DNA of 64,000 bases from Phoronis australis (Eukaryota; Animalia; Phoronida), in contig NMRA01000001.1 in assembly GCA_002633005.1 (NCBI GenBank), positions 2,773,695-2,837,694 on the forward strand. The letters are read 5' to 3'. The notes below the pieces were generated by a model. The model was not told the origin of the DNA. It made no database searches and worked only from the letters and a program-made list of their open reading frames with translations. Shown piece by piece: positions 62,501-64,000 of the stretch. The translations under genes and the position numbers were made by a program. Positions within the stretch are counted from its first letter, which is position 1; every line of letters starts with the position of its first letter.

Positions 62501-63461
62501 TGATTTTATTTGCTGGTCAGTATTTGTATTTATTAGCTTGCAAAATTTGCTTCACTTAGTTGAATGGAAACTTATCACAGTTTTATGTTTCATCATTTGC
62601 TGACCTACCGCTCATTATGTTTCAGAACTGTGTCTGTAGGTGTCACTACAGGTCCAACATTCTGTGGTGTGGTCGGACATGAGCTGAGACATGAGTACTG
62701 TGGTAGGTAGTTGCATGAAGGATTGACGTAAACACTAAAAAATTTGATAGCTCTTCAATTTTTCTGCCACTCTCATTTCCCCAGTTTCACATTTTTTCAT
62801 CATTTGGTGATTTTTAACTGTTGCTCTGTGTTAATTGAAGAATTTTGAATTTATGTAGCCCTTCTGTGGTTAAAAATGGCATAAGAAAGTGTGGGGTCAC
62901 TTAGAATTAACATCATAAAAATCTAATTATTTTGAGCAGGAAAATTTGGTTATTGAAAGATTTATTCTTGTTGAAGGCCTGACACTAAAGGACTGCACTT
63001 CAGTTTTTAGACTTGATTAAGCTTATGGTGTGAGCGTGTTCTTTGATGAACAGTGGCTGCTTCATCTTCTTGACGTTAGCACTCGATATCGCATTCATCA
63101 ACTTTACTTTGAGATGAATTGCTTTACAAAATAATGTGGCTTTTGTGAATGATAAAAAACTTGGCTTTCAGTCAGTGGGAGTTCTAGATTCTATAATTTT
63201 GTTAAAAAGTAACAAGCTCTTAGCCATAAAAAGTCGATTACTCCTCCAGTATTTTACTCCCTCCAACTTGTGTGCAGTTATTGGCCGTCGTGTTGGCATG
63301 GCTGCTCGCCTAATGATGTACTACCCAGGCCGAGTCACATGTGACAACGACACGTTTCTCCAGTCAAAGATATCGCGCCAGTATTTTCGAGAGATGGTGG
63401 AACGGCCGGTGAAGGGCCTGTCTAACTTGGGCACCATTCGAGAGTATTCGGAGGAGTTAAA
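50574..63461 (+). CDS. ADCY10: Soluble adenylyl cyclase (ADCY10/sAC)-like protein, tandem C1-C2 class III cyclase domains, divergent active site; 3' end beyond the window
   Basis: Phase-consistent exons: 50574-50607 (tentative start), 51214-51429, 51888-52025, 53088-53237, 53463-53668, 53791-53830, 57289-57387 (tentative), 58756-58838, 60060-60219, 61968-62118, 62626-62702, 63278-63461. Motifs: GVLMLIDTAGF, GDVIKFTGDA, KLKIGVACG, LCEMRQVSI, GCINKVVMF, VSVGVTTGPTFCGVVGHELRHEYCVIGRRVGMAARLM, VKG. May be a paralog rather than the true ortholog. Confidence 0.85.
54613..56262. mobile_element. Non-autonomous DNA transposon with TTAA target duplication (Kolobok-like)
   Basis: TTAA|AGGCGGAATGCCACCC ... 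GGGTGGCATTCTCCT|TTAA: 15-16-bp imperfect TIRs, AGG..CCT termini, TTAA on both sides, no recognisable transposase ORF. Lies in a cyclase intron. Confidence 0.75.
59548..59981. mobile_element. TIR MITE of about 430 bp; an interrupted copy spans 29581-31233
   Basis: CCGGTTGCATGAAACAGTACCAAATAGGGA ... TCCCTATTTGGGACAGTTTCGTGCAACCG. The same ends occur at 29581 and about 31205-31233. Confidence 0.7.
60678..60930 (+). mobile_element. tRNA-derived SINE
   Basis: GGGGCAGTGTGGCCAAGTAG (A box) and GGTTCAAGTCC (B box, 60731-60741), followed by a non-tRNA body, AATAAA and an AT-rich tail. No complete cloverleaf. Confidence 0.6.
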
Positions 63462-64000
63462 GTACGCCTGTTGAGTTTAAGCTGTTGTCATTGTTGTTAT
63501 TTGTTGCCTAATGAAGGACCCGTTCTTTTGACTGGATGTGACGTTTTCTATGATATCACTGTGTTTGGTGTCACTTTGTTGTGTAGGTTTTTAAATTTCA
63601 GTCACATTTCAGTTGTGGAAGATTTTTTATGGATACTCGAAGTAAATCCGTGACCATCGTGTCAAAGGCATGTTGTCAGTCATTTTAATAATGCATTGCC
63701 ACAGTCATACTTAAGATTGACTTTGCACACACGGACCATTGAATTTTAAGCACCACAGAGGCAGAAATTGGTTTAGAACTGAAACAGTATTGTGTGCGGT
63801 CAAATAATACACTCATCCGTAGCCACCCAATGGTAGCGCTTTGCATATTTACCAAAGAAATGTCCTGCTTTTATATCTTTTTGTAGCATCTTTTGCACTC
63901 TGCTTTCCCCTAACTAACCTACTGGATGTTACTCAGTTTTTTGTCAGAAAGTGGACTGTTGAGGATTTCAGCATCATTCTGTGAACAAACATGATCACTA

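Overview
Intron-rich, AT-rich eukaryotic DNA, most likely from an invertebrate animal (not prokaryotic; the ORF track only catches exon fragments). Manual splice reconstruction gives six protein genes in order: (1) last coding exon of a DnaJ class A co-chaperone; (2,3) two tandem 8-exon paralogs of a class-V PLP enzyme of the Egt2/CefD/LCD C-S lyase group, the first with a mitochondrial-type presequence; (4) a complete 14-exon MCM5; (5) a complete 8-exon otubain (OTUB1-like) on the minus strand; (6) the 5' part of a divergent soluble adenylyl cyclase (ADCY10-like), head-to-head with OTUB1 and running off the window. Introns and intergenic DNA hold many MITEs and non-autonomous DNA transposons, a tRNA-derived SINE, and a Penelope-like retroelement inserted just after the OTUB1 stop (12-bp TSD, inverted terminal repeat, hammerhead-like motif). 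Three direct duplications around single Ns look like uncollapsed haplotypes. The most interesting signals are the rewired cyclase active site (guanylyl-cyclase-type Cys, catalytic Asn replaced by Gly), the compartment-split Egt2-like pair, and the ribozyme/dsRNA-bearing insertion in the OTUB1 3' UTR. All alignments to known families are from memory, not from searches.
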